Of a stretch of DNA of 49,221 nucleotides, positions 41,861 to 49,221 are shown in pieces. This DNA comes from Candidatus Aerophobota bacterium. Its GTDB lineage: Bacteria > Aerophobota > Aerophobia > Aerophobales > JAGGXI01. Position 1 is the stretch's first letter. Every line of letters starts with the position of its first letter. The DNA lies in NCBI GenBank assembly GCA_021163155.1, contig JAGGXI010000072.1, positions 1 through 49,221 on the forward strand, written 5' to 3'. The notes below the pieces were generated by a model. That model was not told where the DNA came from. It searched no databases and saw only the letters and a program-made list of their open reading frames with translations. A program made the translations under genes and the position numbers.

Positions 41861-42385
41861 TTAACTCCCTTTTCTTTCTTGTAAAATTGCCTTCAATAAA
41901 TAGATCAATTTCCCCAACGGAGAATTTAAAACCATTATCAGTCTCCTTAGGGGGGATTGCATTCCAACGATAAGCTGCGATAAGAGAACTTCTTGACTAG
42001 GCAGACCCCATAAAAGTTTTACTTTCTCTTTTTCTAAGATCTCATCCCCCAAAGACCCTCCCTTAATGGACAAATTTGGATGTTCCGGGAGAAATCCTTT
42101 AAGAACTTTCGCCGAAGTTAAAGGATCATCTTTAACAAAAATTATTCCCGTGGGTCCGGAAAAAAATTTATTTATTCCTTTTATCTTTGCTTTTTCCGCT
42201 GCTCTATAAGCTAAACTATTCTTAACTACACAAAACTTCGCTTTACCTATTTTTCTTAATCTTTTACGAAAATCTGTAAGTTCATCTACTTTTAGCCCAC
42301 AATAATCCAATACAAAAGAGGCTTTACTCTCTTTTAAATTATTGCTTATCTCCTCCACTTGTTTTATTTTCTGTTCTAATCCCAT
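41861..42385 (-). CDS. rplJ: 50S ribosomal protein L10
   Basis: DYCGL, VVKNSL, GPT and LPS; position between rplA and rplL. Confidence 0.94.
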   Translation of the reverse strand: MGLEQKIKQVEEISNNLKESKASFVLDYCGLKVDELTDFRKRLRKIGKAKFCVVKNSLAYRAAEKAKIKGINKFFSGPTGIIFVKDDPLTSAKVLKGFLPEHPNLSIKGGSLGDEILEKEKVKLLWGLPSQEVLLSQLIVGMQSPLRRLIMVLNSPLGKLIYLLKAILQERKGS

Positions 42386-42386
42386 T

Positions 42387-43088
42387 TTATAACATTCCTA
42401 AAGTTTGTTGTAAATTTAAGTTTATTCCCGGTCCCATTGTCGAACAAAGAGTAATTCCCTTGATATACCTTCCTTTTACTGTGGAAGGCTTATTTTTACT
42501 TAAAGAGATTAATAAAGCTTTTAAATTTTCCCACAAGGCTTCCTTTGTAAAAGAAACTTTTCCTATCATCGCATGAATTACTCCTGTAGCATCATTTCTA
42601 TACTCAATCTTACCTTTTTTTAATTCTTCCACAACTTGCGCCGGGTTATCATTAACTGTCCCTACTTTAGGAGAAGGCATTAAACCCTGAGGACCAAGAA
42701 TTCTCCCCAATTTAGCTACTGTTTTCATCATTTGAGGAGTAGAAACCACTGCATCGAAATCTAACCATCCTCCTTCGATTTTTTTAACTAACTCTCCTCC
42801 TCCTACCCAATCCGCTCCTTTCTCTTTAGCCTCCTCAGCCTCCTTCCCACTCGCGAAAACCAAAACTTTCACTTCCTTACCTAATCCCTTAGGAAGAATT
42901 ACTGTTCCTCTTACTCTTTCTCCTCTTTCTTTAGGTTTTATATTCAGCCATATACTTACTTCTACAGATTCGGCAAACTTACAATTAGCTATTCTCTTAA
43001 TCAATTCTAGAGCCTCCAACGAAGAATACTCTCTATTTTTATCTACCTCTTTTATAATTGATAGATATCTTTTCCCTCTTTTCCCCAT
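42387..43088 (-). CDS. rplA: 50S ribosomal protein L1
   Basis: RGTVILPKG and LGRILGPQGLMPSPK.GT. Confidence 0.97.
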   Translation of the reverse strand: MGKRGKRYLSIIKEVDKNREYSSLEALELIKRIANCKFAESVEVSIWLNIKPKERGERVRGTVILPKGLGKEVKVLVFASGKEAEEAKEKGADWVGGGELVKKIEGGWLDFDAVVSTPQMMKTVAKLGRILGPQGLMPSPKVGTVNDNPAQVVEELKKGKIEYRNDATGVIHAMIGKVSFTKEALWENLKALLISLSKNKPSTVKGRYIKGITLCSTMGPGINLNLQQTLGML

Positions 43089-43091
43089 AAT

Positions 43092-43520
43092 TCATCCCTC
43101 TATTTCTATGCCCATATTCTTGGCTGTTCCCTGAATAATATTTATAGCTTTATCTACCTCATAAGCATTTAAATCGGGTAACTTTATTTGGACAATTTTT
43201 TCCAAATCTTTCCTGCTTACTTTACCTACTTTCTTTTTATTGGGTTCCCCTGAACCTTTATCTATTCCAGCAGCCTTCTTAAGTAAAGAAGCAGCAGGCG
43301 GTGTCTTTAAGTTAAAAGTAAAAGACCTATCTTTATAAACAGTTATAACTACAGGAATTAAAATACTTTCTTTGCCTTTTGTTCTCTCATTAAACGCTTT
43401 ACAAAATTCCATTATATTTACTCCCTGCTGACCCAATGCTGGACCTACCGGAGGAGCTGGATTTGCTTTCCCAGCTACAATTTGAAGTTTTATCTTTGCT
43501 TTTATAGGTTTTTTTGCCAT
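43092..43520 (-). CDS. rplK: 50S ribosomal protein L11
   Basis: [15 protein letters not shown] and FCKAFN. Confidence 0.98.
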   Translation of the reverse strand: MAKKPIKAKIKLQIVAGKANPAPPVGPALGQQGVNIMEFCKAFNERTKGKESILIPVVITVYKDRSFTFNLKTPPAASLLKKAAGIDKGSGEPNKKKVGKVSRKDLEKIVQIKLPDLNAYEVDKAINIIQGTAKNMGIEIEG

Positions 43521-44053
43521 TAAAGTTTCTCCACATTTACATACTCTAATTCTACAGGAGTCTCTCTCCCAAATATAGAAACCAATACTTTAAGTCTCTG
43601 CTGCTGAGAATTAACCTCTACTATTTCTCCTTGAAAGTTAGCAAAAGGACCCTGAGTAATGCGCACACTTTCTCCTACTTCAAAAACAATGCTTGGCTTA
43701 GGCTTTTCTTCAAAAAGACCTACCCGATACTCAATATTACTCACTTCTCTTTCATCGAGGGGAACAGGTTGTCCTTTAGGACCTACAAAGCCACTAACCC
43801 CAGGAGTGCCACTAATCACATACTTCGTCTCATCAGTAAGCTCTGCTTCAATTAACATATACCCGGGAAAAAATTTTTTTCTATATATTCTTTTTTTACC
43901 GTTTTTAACCTCAGCTATCTTTTCCTTAGGGATAAGTATACGAAAAATTTTGTCTTTTATCCCAAAGAATTCTATTCTTTGCATAAGATTAACCCTTATT
44001 TTATCCTCTTGCCCCACATATGTATGAAGAGCATACCATTTCTTATCCATCAT
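43520..44053 (-). CDS. nusG: Transcription termination/antitermination factor NusG
   Basis: [22 protein letters not shown] and [10 protein letters not shown]. Confidence 0.97.
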   Translation of the reverse strand: MMDKKWYALHTYVGQEDKIRVNLMQRIEFFGIKDKIFRILIPKEKIAEVKNGKKRIYRKKFFPGYMLIEAELTDETKYVISGTPGVSGFVGPKGQPVPLDEREVSNIEYRVGLFEEKPKPSIVFEVGESVRITQGPFANFQGEIVEVNSQQQRLKVLVSIFGRETPVELEYVNVEKL

Positions 44054-44054
44054 A

Positions 44055-44240
44055 TTACCTTAAAAAAACTTTTACTATTTGAAAAAAAAGGATGTCCATT
44101 CCTCCTATAATTATAGCAAAAACAACAAGAGATACTAACACTATAATAGTAGATTTCACAATCTGAGATTTATTAGGCCAACTAACCCTTTTCATCTCAT
44201 TATTTACTGCGTGTAAAAAACTACCTACTTTATGAGCCAT
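44055..44240 (-). CDS. secE: Preprotein translocase SecE
   Basis: EMKRVSWP plus one TM. Start trimmed to the ATG at 44240, which has a GAGGAG RBS. Confidence 0.93.
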   Translation of the reverse strand: MAHKVGSFLHAVNNEMKRVSWPNKSQIVKSTIIVLVSLVVFAIIIGGMDILFFQIVKVFLR

Positions 44241-44338
44241 TCTTTTATTACTCCTCTTCAGCAATGGTAAACAGAAAACTCCGGGGATTAACTTCTTCTT
44301 GCTATTTACCCTTCATTAATCACCATTCACAATCTTTC

Positions 44339-44415
44339 TGGCAGGCCCGGCAGGACTTGAACCCGCAACCGTCGGATTTGGAATCCGGTGCTCTAGCCAA
44401 TTGAGCTACGGACCT
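44339..44415 (-). tRNA. tRNA-Trp (CCA)
   Basis: AGGTCCG TA GCTC AATTGGCTA GAGC A CCGGA TTCCAAA TCCGA CGGTT GCGGG TTCAAGT CCTGC CGGGCCT G CCA; 3' CCA encoded. Confidence 0.95.
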
Positions 44416-44554
44416 ATTTTTCTTTATGAAGTGTATGCTTTCTGCAAAATTTACAATACTTTTTAAGAACTAAAGAGGGAGTTTTTTTCTCCTTTTTGGT
44501 AGTATAATTTCTCCTTTTACACTCACTGCATACAAGCGTAACTATCTCCCTCAC
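44414..44554 (-). CDS. rpmG: 50S ribosomal protein L33, zinc type (not in the ORF track)
   Basis: GTG start with AGGAG RBS; [46 protein letters not shown]. Confidence 0.95.
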   Translation of the reverse strand: MREIVTLVCSECKRRNYTTKKEKKTPSLVLKKYCKFCRKHTLHKEK

Positions 44555-44565
44555 ATTTTTTCTCC

Positions 44566-45768
44566 TTATTCAATAATTTTACTAACCACCCCTGCTCCTA
44601 CTGTATGTCCCCCTTCTCTTATGGCGAATCTTAAACCAAGTTCCATGGCAATAGGAGTAATAAGTTTTATCGTCAGTTTCACATTATCTCCTGGCATTAC
44701 CATCTCTACTCCCTCAGGTAAATTTACATCACCAGTTACATCAGTAGTTCTAAAATAAAATTGTGGTCGGTATCCTTCAAAGAAAGGAGTATGTCGTCCA
44801 CCCTCTTCTTTACTTAATATATATACCTGTGACTCAAATTTAGTATGAGGAGTTATACTTCCTGGAAAAGCAAGGACCTGTCCTCTTTCTACTTCCTTTC
44901 TTTCTATTCCTCGTAAAAGTACACCAATATTGTCTCCTGCTTGAGCCTCATCTAATGTTTTTCTAAACATTTCCAACCCTGTAGCTACTGTTTTTTTAAT
45001 CTCTTTAGACATCCCCACTATCTCTACAGGATCACCTGTCTTAATTTTTCCTCTTTCCATCCTTCCTGTAACTACTGTTCCTCTTCCCGTTATAGTGAAA
45101 ATATCCTCTATGGCTAAAAGGAAAGGCTTATCTACTTCTCTTTTGGGAAGAGGAATATAATCATCTACTGCATTTAATAGTTTAATTATGGGACCGCAAT
45201 GAGGGCAATCTTCTTTTCCGCATCCACAATTTAAAGCTTCAAGAGCTGAACCAGAAATTACAGGTAAATCATCCCCAGGGAACTCATAATTACTTAATAG
45301 CTCTCGAACTTCAAGTTCTACTAATTCCAATAATTCCTTATCTTCTACCCGATCTGCTTTATTTAAAAAAACTACTATTGCTGGAACGTTAACCTGCCGA
45401 GCAAGAATAATATGTTCTCTTGTTTGAGGCATAGCTCCATCAGCAGCGGAAACTACCAAAATAGCCCCATCCATCTGCGCTGCTCCTGTAATCATATTTT
45501 TAATATAATCAGCATGCCCTGGGCAATCTATATGAGCATAATGCCTCTTCTCTGTCTCATACTCCGCATGATAAATAGCGATAGTTAAACCTCTCTCTTT
45601 CTCCTCAGGAGCATTATCAATTTCATTTACGTCTTTAGATACAGCAAGTCCCTTCTTGGACAAAATTTTAGTTATAGCTGCCGTAAGAGTAGTCTTACCG
45701 TGATCAACATGTCCAATAGTTCCAATATTAACATGTGGTTTTGTTCGCACAAATTTTTCCCGTGCCAT
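44566..45768 (-). CDS. tuf: Elongation factor Tu
   Basis: [17 protein letters not shown] and FAIREGG. Start trimmed to the ATG at 45768, which has an AGGAGG RBS. Confidence 0.98.
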   Translation of the reverse strand: MAREKFVRTKPHVNIGTIGHVDHGKTTLTAAITKILSKKGLAVSKDVNEIDNAPEEKERGLTIAIYHAEYETEKRHYAHIDCPGHADYIKNMITGAAQMDGAILVVSAADGAMPQTREHIILARQVNVPAIVVFLNKADRVEDKELLELVELEVRELLSNYEFPGDDLPVISGSALEALNCGCGKEDCPHCGPIIKLLNAVDDYIPLPKREVDKPFLLAIEDIFTITGRGTVVTGRMERGKIKTGDPVEIVGMSKEIKKTVATGLEMFRKTLDEAQAGDNIGVLLRGIERKEVERGQVLAFPGSITPHTKFESQVYILSKEEGGRHTPFFEGYRPQFYFRTTDVTGDVNLPEGVEMVMPGDNVKLTIKLITPIAMELGLRFAIREGGHTVGAGVVSKIIE

Positions 45769-45824
45769 CTTTTTATCCTCCTTAAAATAAATCAAATTTT
45801 ATATCTTACACACTTTTCCATTAA

Positions 45825-45897
45825 AGCCCACGACCGGATTTGAACCGGTGACCTCATCCTTACCAAGGATGTGCTCTACCCTCTGAGCTACATGGGC
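45825..45897 (-). tRNA. tRNA-Thr (GGT); 3' CCA not encoded
   Basis: GCCCATG..GCTCAGAGGGTAGAGC A CATCC TTGGTAA GGATG..ACCGGTTCAAATCCGGT CGTGGGC T. Confidence 0.94.
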
Positions 45898-46014
45898 ATC
45901 AAGAAAAAACAAAATTGAGAAATAAGAATTAAGAAAATAATGAATAAACTTTATCAGCCTCCCAAAGATTAGAAAGCCCCTTTAATCCTTTATCCTTCTA
46001 ATCCTGCTTTTTTC

Positions 46015-46099
46015 TGGTGGGGAGGGATGGATTTGAACCACCGAAGGCAACGCCAACGGGTTTACAGCCCGTTCCATTTGACCGCTCTGGAACCTCCCC
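46015..46099 (-). tRNA. tRNA-Tyr (GTA)
   Basis: GGGGAGG acceptor, ACGGG CTGTAAA CCCGT anticodon arm, long variable arm, GGTTCAAATCC, ACCA end. Confidence 0.95.
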
Positions 46100-46108
46100 A
46101 AAAAAAAT

Positions 46109-46199
46109 GGTTTATTGAGTTTTTTGGGTTTTAAAGGTTAAAATAATTCATAAGTAAGATAACTCAAAGAACTCAACAAACTAACTAACTCAATAAACT
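46109..46199. repeat. Inverted ~9-nt periodic repeat hairpin between ppdK and tRNA-Tyr
   Basis: gtttattgagtt (46110-46121) is the exact reverse complement of aactcaataaac (46187-46198); tandem aactcaaNN units. Confidence 0.7.
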
Positions 46200-48852
46200 A
46201 ACTTTGGTCTTCTTCTATTTTTGCCTGTGCTGCAGCTAAACGAGCGATAGGAACCCTATACGGCGAACAGCTTACATAATCCAATCCTACACGATGGCAA
46301 AACTTAACCGAAGAAGGTTCACCTCCATGTTCTCCACAGATACCTACTTCTAAGTTATTATTTTCTTTATGTCCTCTTTCTGTTCCTATCTTCACAAGCT
46401 CTCCCACACCTTCCTGGTCTAGCACCTGGAAAGGATCCTCCTTTATTATATTCTTTTCTATATATATAGGGATAAACTTTCCTTCTGCGTCATCCCGACT
46501 AAAACCAAATGTAGTTTGTGTCAAATCATTGGTACCAAAGGAGAAAAAATCAGCAAATTTAGCAATTTTGCCAGCACATAAAGCAGCTCGGGGAAGCTCT
46601 ATCATTGTACCTATCTTATACTCAAACCGAATCCCTTTATTCTTCATTACTTCTTCAGCTACTTCAACAACCTCTTTCCTGAGAATTGACAATTCCCTTT
46701 CATTAACAACCAGGGGAATCATAATCTCCGGATAAACCTTAACCCCTTCTTGTATTAATTCTGCTGCAGCCCCAAAAACAGCCCTTGCCTGCATTTTATA
46801 AACCTCAGGGAAGGTAATCCCCAATCTACAACCTCTGTGTCCCATCATAGGATTTATCTCACGTAAGGTTACTACTCTCTGTAAAATTTTATCTTTCTCG
46901 GCAATTTTTTCCTTATTCCCATTTTGTAGACGTAATGTATTTAATTCCACCAATAAATTCTCATAATTAGGTAAAAATTCATGAAGAGGAGGGTCAAGCA
47001 AACGAATAATCACAGGTAATCCTTCCATTTCTTTAAAAATTTCTTTAAAGTCTTTCTTTTGCATAGGCTCTAACTTCTTAGCGAACTTGTCCCTCTCCTC
47101 CCGATTATCAGCTAAAATCATCTGTTGGACAAAAGGGAGTCTATCCTTGCCAAAGAACATATGTTCCGTTCGGCAAAGCCCAATACCTTTTGCTCCTAAT
47201 TCACGAGCTATTTTTGCATCTTTAGGAGTATCTGCATTAGTTCTCACACCCAGAGTTCTCACTTCATCTGCCCACTTCATAAGTTTTTCAAAATCACCAC
47301 TTAACTCAGGCTCAAGCATAGGAATCGTGCCCCTCATCACTTCACCTGTACTCCCATCCAGAGTAATTAAATCACCTTCTCTAAAAATACATCTGTTTAC
47401 TTCAAATTTTTTATTTTTTTCATCAACTTTTATCTCTTCACATCCAGCTACACAACACTTACCCATCCCTCTGGCTACAACAGCTGCATGCGAGGTCATT
47501 CCCCCTCGAGCGGTAAGTATCCCCTGAGCTACAGCCATTCCATGTATATCTTCTGGGGATGTCTCCTGACGGACTAAAATCACCTTATCTCCTTTGTTAG
47601 CCACTTCTACTGCTCTATCCGCTGTAAAAACTATTTTCCCTACAGCTGCTCCTGGAGAAGCTGGTAATCCCCTGGCAAGAACTTCAACCTTTGCCTTAGG
47701 GTCGATTCGGCGATGGAGTAACTGCTCTAACTGTTCAGGCTTTACTCTCATTAAAGCTTCTTCTTTGGTAATTAGCCCCTCTTGAACCATCTCGCAAGCT
47801 ATTTTTATAGCTGCTTGAGCGGTTCTCTTTGCCGTTCTGGTTTGTAAAAGATAAAGCTTTTCTTTCTCTATTGTAAACTCAAAGTCTTGAACATCTCTAT
47901 AATGTTTTTCTAACTTTTGGGTTACTTCTAATAATTCCTCATAAGCTTCGGGCATATCTTCCTTTAGTTTAGACAAAGATTTAGGAGTTCTTATACCAGC
48001 AACTACATCTTCTCCCTGAGCATTAATTAAATACTCTCCATAAAGCTTATTTTCCCCTATAGCGGGGTCCCTGGTAAATCCAACACCTGTACCTGAATTA
48101 TTCCCCATATTACCAAAAACCATTGCTTGAACATTAACAGCTGTCCCCCAATGCCCGGGAATTCTATTAATCCTGCGATAACTAATAGCCCTTTTATTAT
48201 TCCAGGATGCAAAAACAGCATTTATAGCCATTTCTAATTGTTTAAAAGGGTCTTGAGGAAATGACATTTTCTTTTTATTTTTTATTAACTTTTTAAATTC
48301 TACCACTATTTCTTTAAAATCTTCCGAAGTTAAATCAACATCTTCCTGAATATTTTTGTTTTTCTTTTTTTTCTCCAGGATACTTTCAAACTCTTCCCCT
48401 TTAATCCCTAAAACTACATTTCCAAACATTTGTAGAAGTCTTCTATAAGCATCGTAAGCAAAACGCTCATTTTTTGTCTGTTTAGCCAATCCCTCTACTG
48501 CCCTATCATTTAAACCTAAATTGAGGACTGTATCCATCATTCCCGGCATAGATATTCTCGCTCCCGAACGAACAGAAATTAACAAAGGATTAACGGCATC
48601 TCCAAATTTTTTCCCCGTTATCTCCTCCACCTTTTTCAAATTTTCTCTTATCTCTTTATTTAATCCTTCTGGATAATTGCCTTTTTGGGTATAATAAGTA
48701 CATACCTCGGTACTAATGGTGAACCCAGGAGGAACTCGAACACCTAAATTTGACATTTCAGCAAGATTAGCTCCTTTTCCTCCTAAAAGATCTTTCATCT
48801 TTGTTGAACCTTCTGCCTTTCCCTCTTTAAAAAAATAAATATATCTCCCCAT
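46198..48852 (-). CDS. ppdK: Pyruvate, phosphate dikinase
   Basis: LGGKGANLAEM, SVRSGA..SMPGMMDT, GGMTSHAAVVARG phospho-His motif and GTNDLTQ. Confidence 0.98.
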   Translation of the reverse strand: MGRYIYFFKEGKAEGSTKMKDLLGGKGANLAEMSNLGVRVPPGFTISTEVCTYYTQKGNYPEGLNKEIRENLKKVEEITGKKFGDAVNPLLISVRSGARISMPGMMDTVLNLGLNDRAVEGLAKQTKNERFAYDAYRRLLQMFGNVVLGIKGEEFESILEKKKKNKNIQEDVDLTSEDFKEIVVEFKKLIKNKKKMSFPQDPFKQLEMAINAVFASWNNKRAISYRRINRIPGHWGTAVNVQAMVFGNMGNNSGTGVGFTRDPAIGENKLYGEYLINAQGEDVVAGIRTPKSLSKLKEDMPEAYEELLEVTQKLEKHYRDVQDFEFTIEKEKLYLLQTRTAKRTAQAAIKIACEMVQEGLITKEEALMRVKPEQLEQLLHRRIDPKAKVEVLARGLPASPGAAVGKIVFTADRAVEVANKGDKVILVRQETSPEDIHGMAVAQGILTARGGMTSHAAVVARGMGKCCVAGCEEIKVDEKNKKFEVNRCIFREGDLITLDGSTGEVMRGTIPMLEPELSGDFEKLMKWADEVRTLGVRTNADTPKDAKIARELGAKGIGLCRTEHMFFGKDRLPFVQQMILADNREERDKFAKKLEPMQKKDFKEIFKEMEGLPVIIRLLDPPLHEFLPNYENLLVELNTLRLQNGNKEKIAEKDKILQRVVTLREINPMMGHRGCRLGITFPEVYKMQARAVFGAAAELIQEGVKVYPEIMIPLVVNERELSILRKEVVEVAEEVMKNKGIRFEYKIGTMIELPRAALCAGKIAKFADFFSFGTNDLTQTTFGFSRDDAEGKFIPIYIEKNIIKEDPFQVLDQEGVGELVKIGTERGHKENNNLEVGICGEHGGEPSSVKFCHRVGLDYVSCSPYRVPIARLAAAQAKIEEDQS

Positions 48853-48890
48853 TTTCTTTCCTTAAAATTTAAAATTCCTATTTTATTTTT

Positions 48891-48918
48891 ATATTATTTT
48901 ATTTTAAGCCTTTGTCAA
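48891..48918 (-). promoter_or_regulatory. Putative proximal sigma70-type promoter for ppdK
   Basis: Minus strand TTGACA-N16-TAATAT. Confidence 0.55.
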
Positions 48919-48930
48919 CTCCCTTAAAAA

Positions 48931-49042
48931 AAGGCTCTGAAAACCTGAACAGTCTCCTGATTACACAGATTTAATAATCTAATCTGTGTAATTTAGACTT
49001 TTATCTATGAAATCAGATATCTCTGGCTCTTTCAGAAATCTC
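48931..49042. mobile_element. MITE-like element (TCTGAAAA...TTCAGAAATCTC family) with an internal gattacacagatt/aatctgtgtaat inverted repeat
   Basis: Starts aaggctctgaaaa and ends ctttcagaaatctc; shares a 34-nt core with 15917-15950. Confidence 0.55.
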
Positions 49043-49057
49043 AAAAAATTATTTTTT

Positions 49058-49085
49058 ATTATAATAAATTCCCATTCTCTGTCAA
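49058..49085 (-). promoter_or_regulatory. Putative distal promoter with perfect consensus hexamers
   Basis: Minus strand TTGACA-N16-TATAAT; the -35 lies at the edge of the repeat element. Confidence 0.65.
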
Positions 49086-49221
49086 GAATATCTCGGGACT
49101 TTTCCCCTCCGTCGTTGTATATCCGCTTTGGATTGTTTCTGCTCATCTTCTCGTTAAGGTAGCTCCTATAATGCTCCTTCGGGGAAAGTACCTCGATAGC
49201 CATACAAACCCCGAAGTAATA
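49080..49221. repeat. Dispersed structured repeat, copy B (runs off the window end)
   Basis: Homologous to 123-161 and 342-398; contains a ctcc-ttcg-gggg hairpin enclosed by aggta/tacct pairing. Confidence 0.85.

Noticed and set aside
48979-49203. 74-aa minus-strand ORF MAIEVLSPK...
   Set aside because: It lies entirely across non-coding repeats and a promoter candidate. The homologous copy at 123-398 has an indel and a large insertion, so the frame is not conserved.
49080-49221. Terminal repeat as tmRNA, a riboswitch or an IS200/IS605 guide RNA
   Set aside because: No tRNA-like 3' end or recognisable aptamer consensus, and no tnpB/iscB nearby. Left unassigned pending an Rfam search.

Overview
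AT-rich bacterial housekeeping region. Every real gene is on the minus strand. In transcription order (right to left): ppdK; tRNA-Tyr, tRNA-Thr, tuf, rpmG, tRNA-Trp, secE, nusG, rplKAJL; a single fused rpoB-rpoC ORF (2256 aa); rpsL-rpsG-fusA running straight into the S10-spc-alpha ribosomal protein cluster (no rpmD, no map); truA; mcsA-mcsB; tilS; dtd; a pilMNOP cluster followed by two secretin-related genes; purE; a cyclophilin-like gene; eno; ftsH; ruvC. The best candidate for an undescribed system is the secretin. It appears split inside its N3 domain into two separately exported proteins, and the barrel-bearing half carries about 7 extra N-domains at its C-terminus. Other notable points: the fused RNA polymerase has a ~37-aa F-loop insertion; four sigma70-like promoter candidates all have 16-bp spacers; the rpmG stop codon overlaps the 5' end of tRNA-Trp; and several families of small dispersed repeats or MITE-like elements sit in the spacers. 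Taxonomy cannot be determined from this window. A diderm, probably anaerobic and possibly uncultured lineage is an inference from the secretin, McsAB and PPDK.
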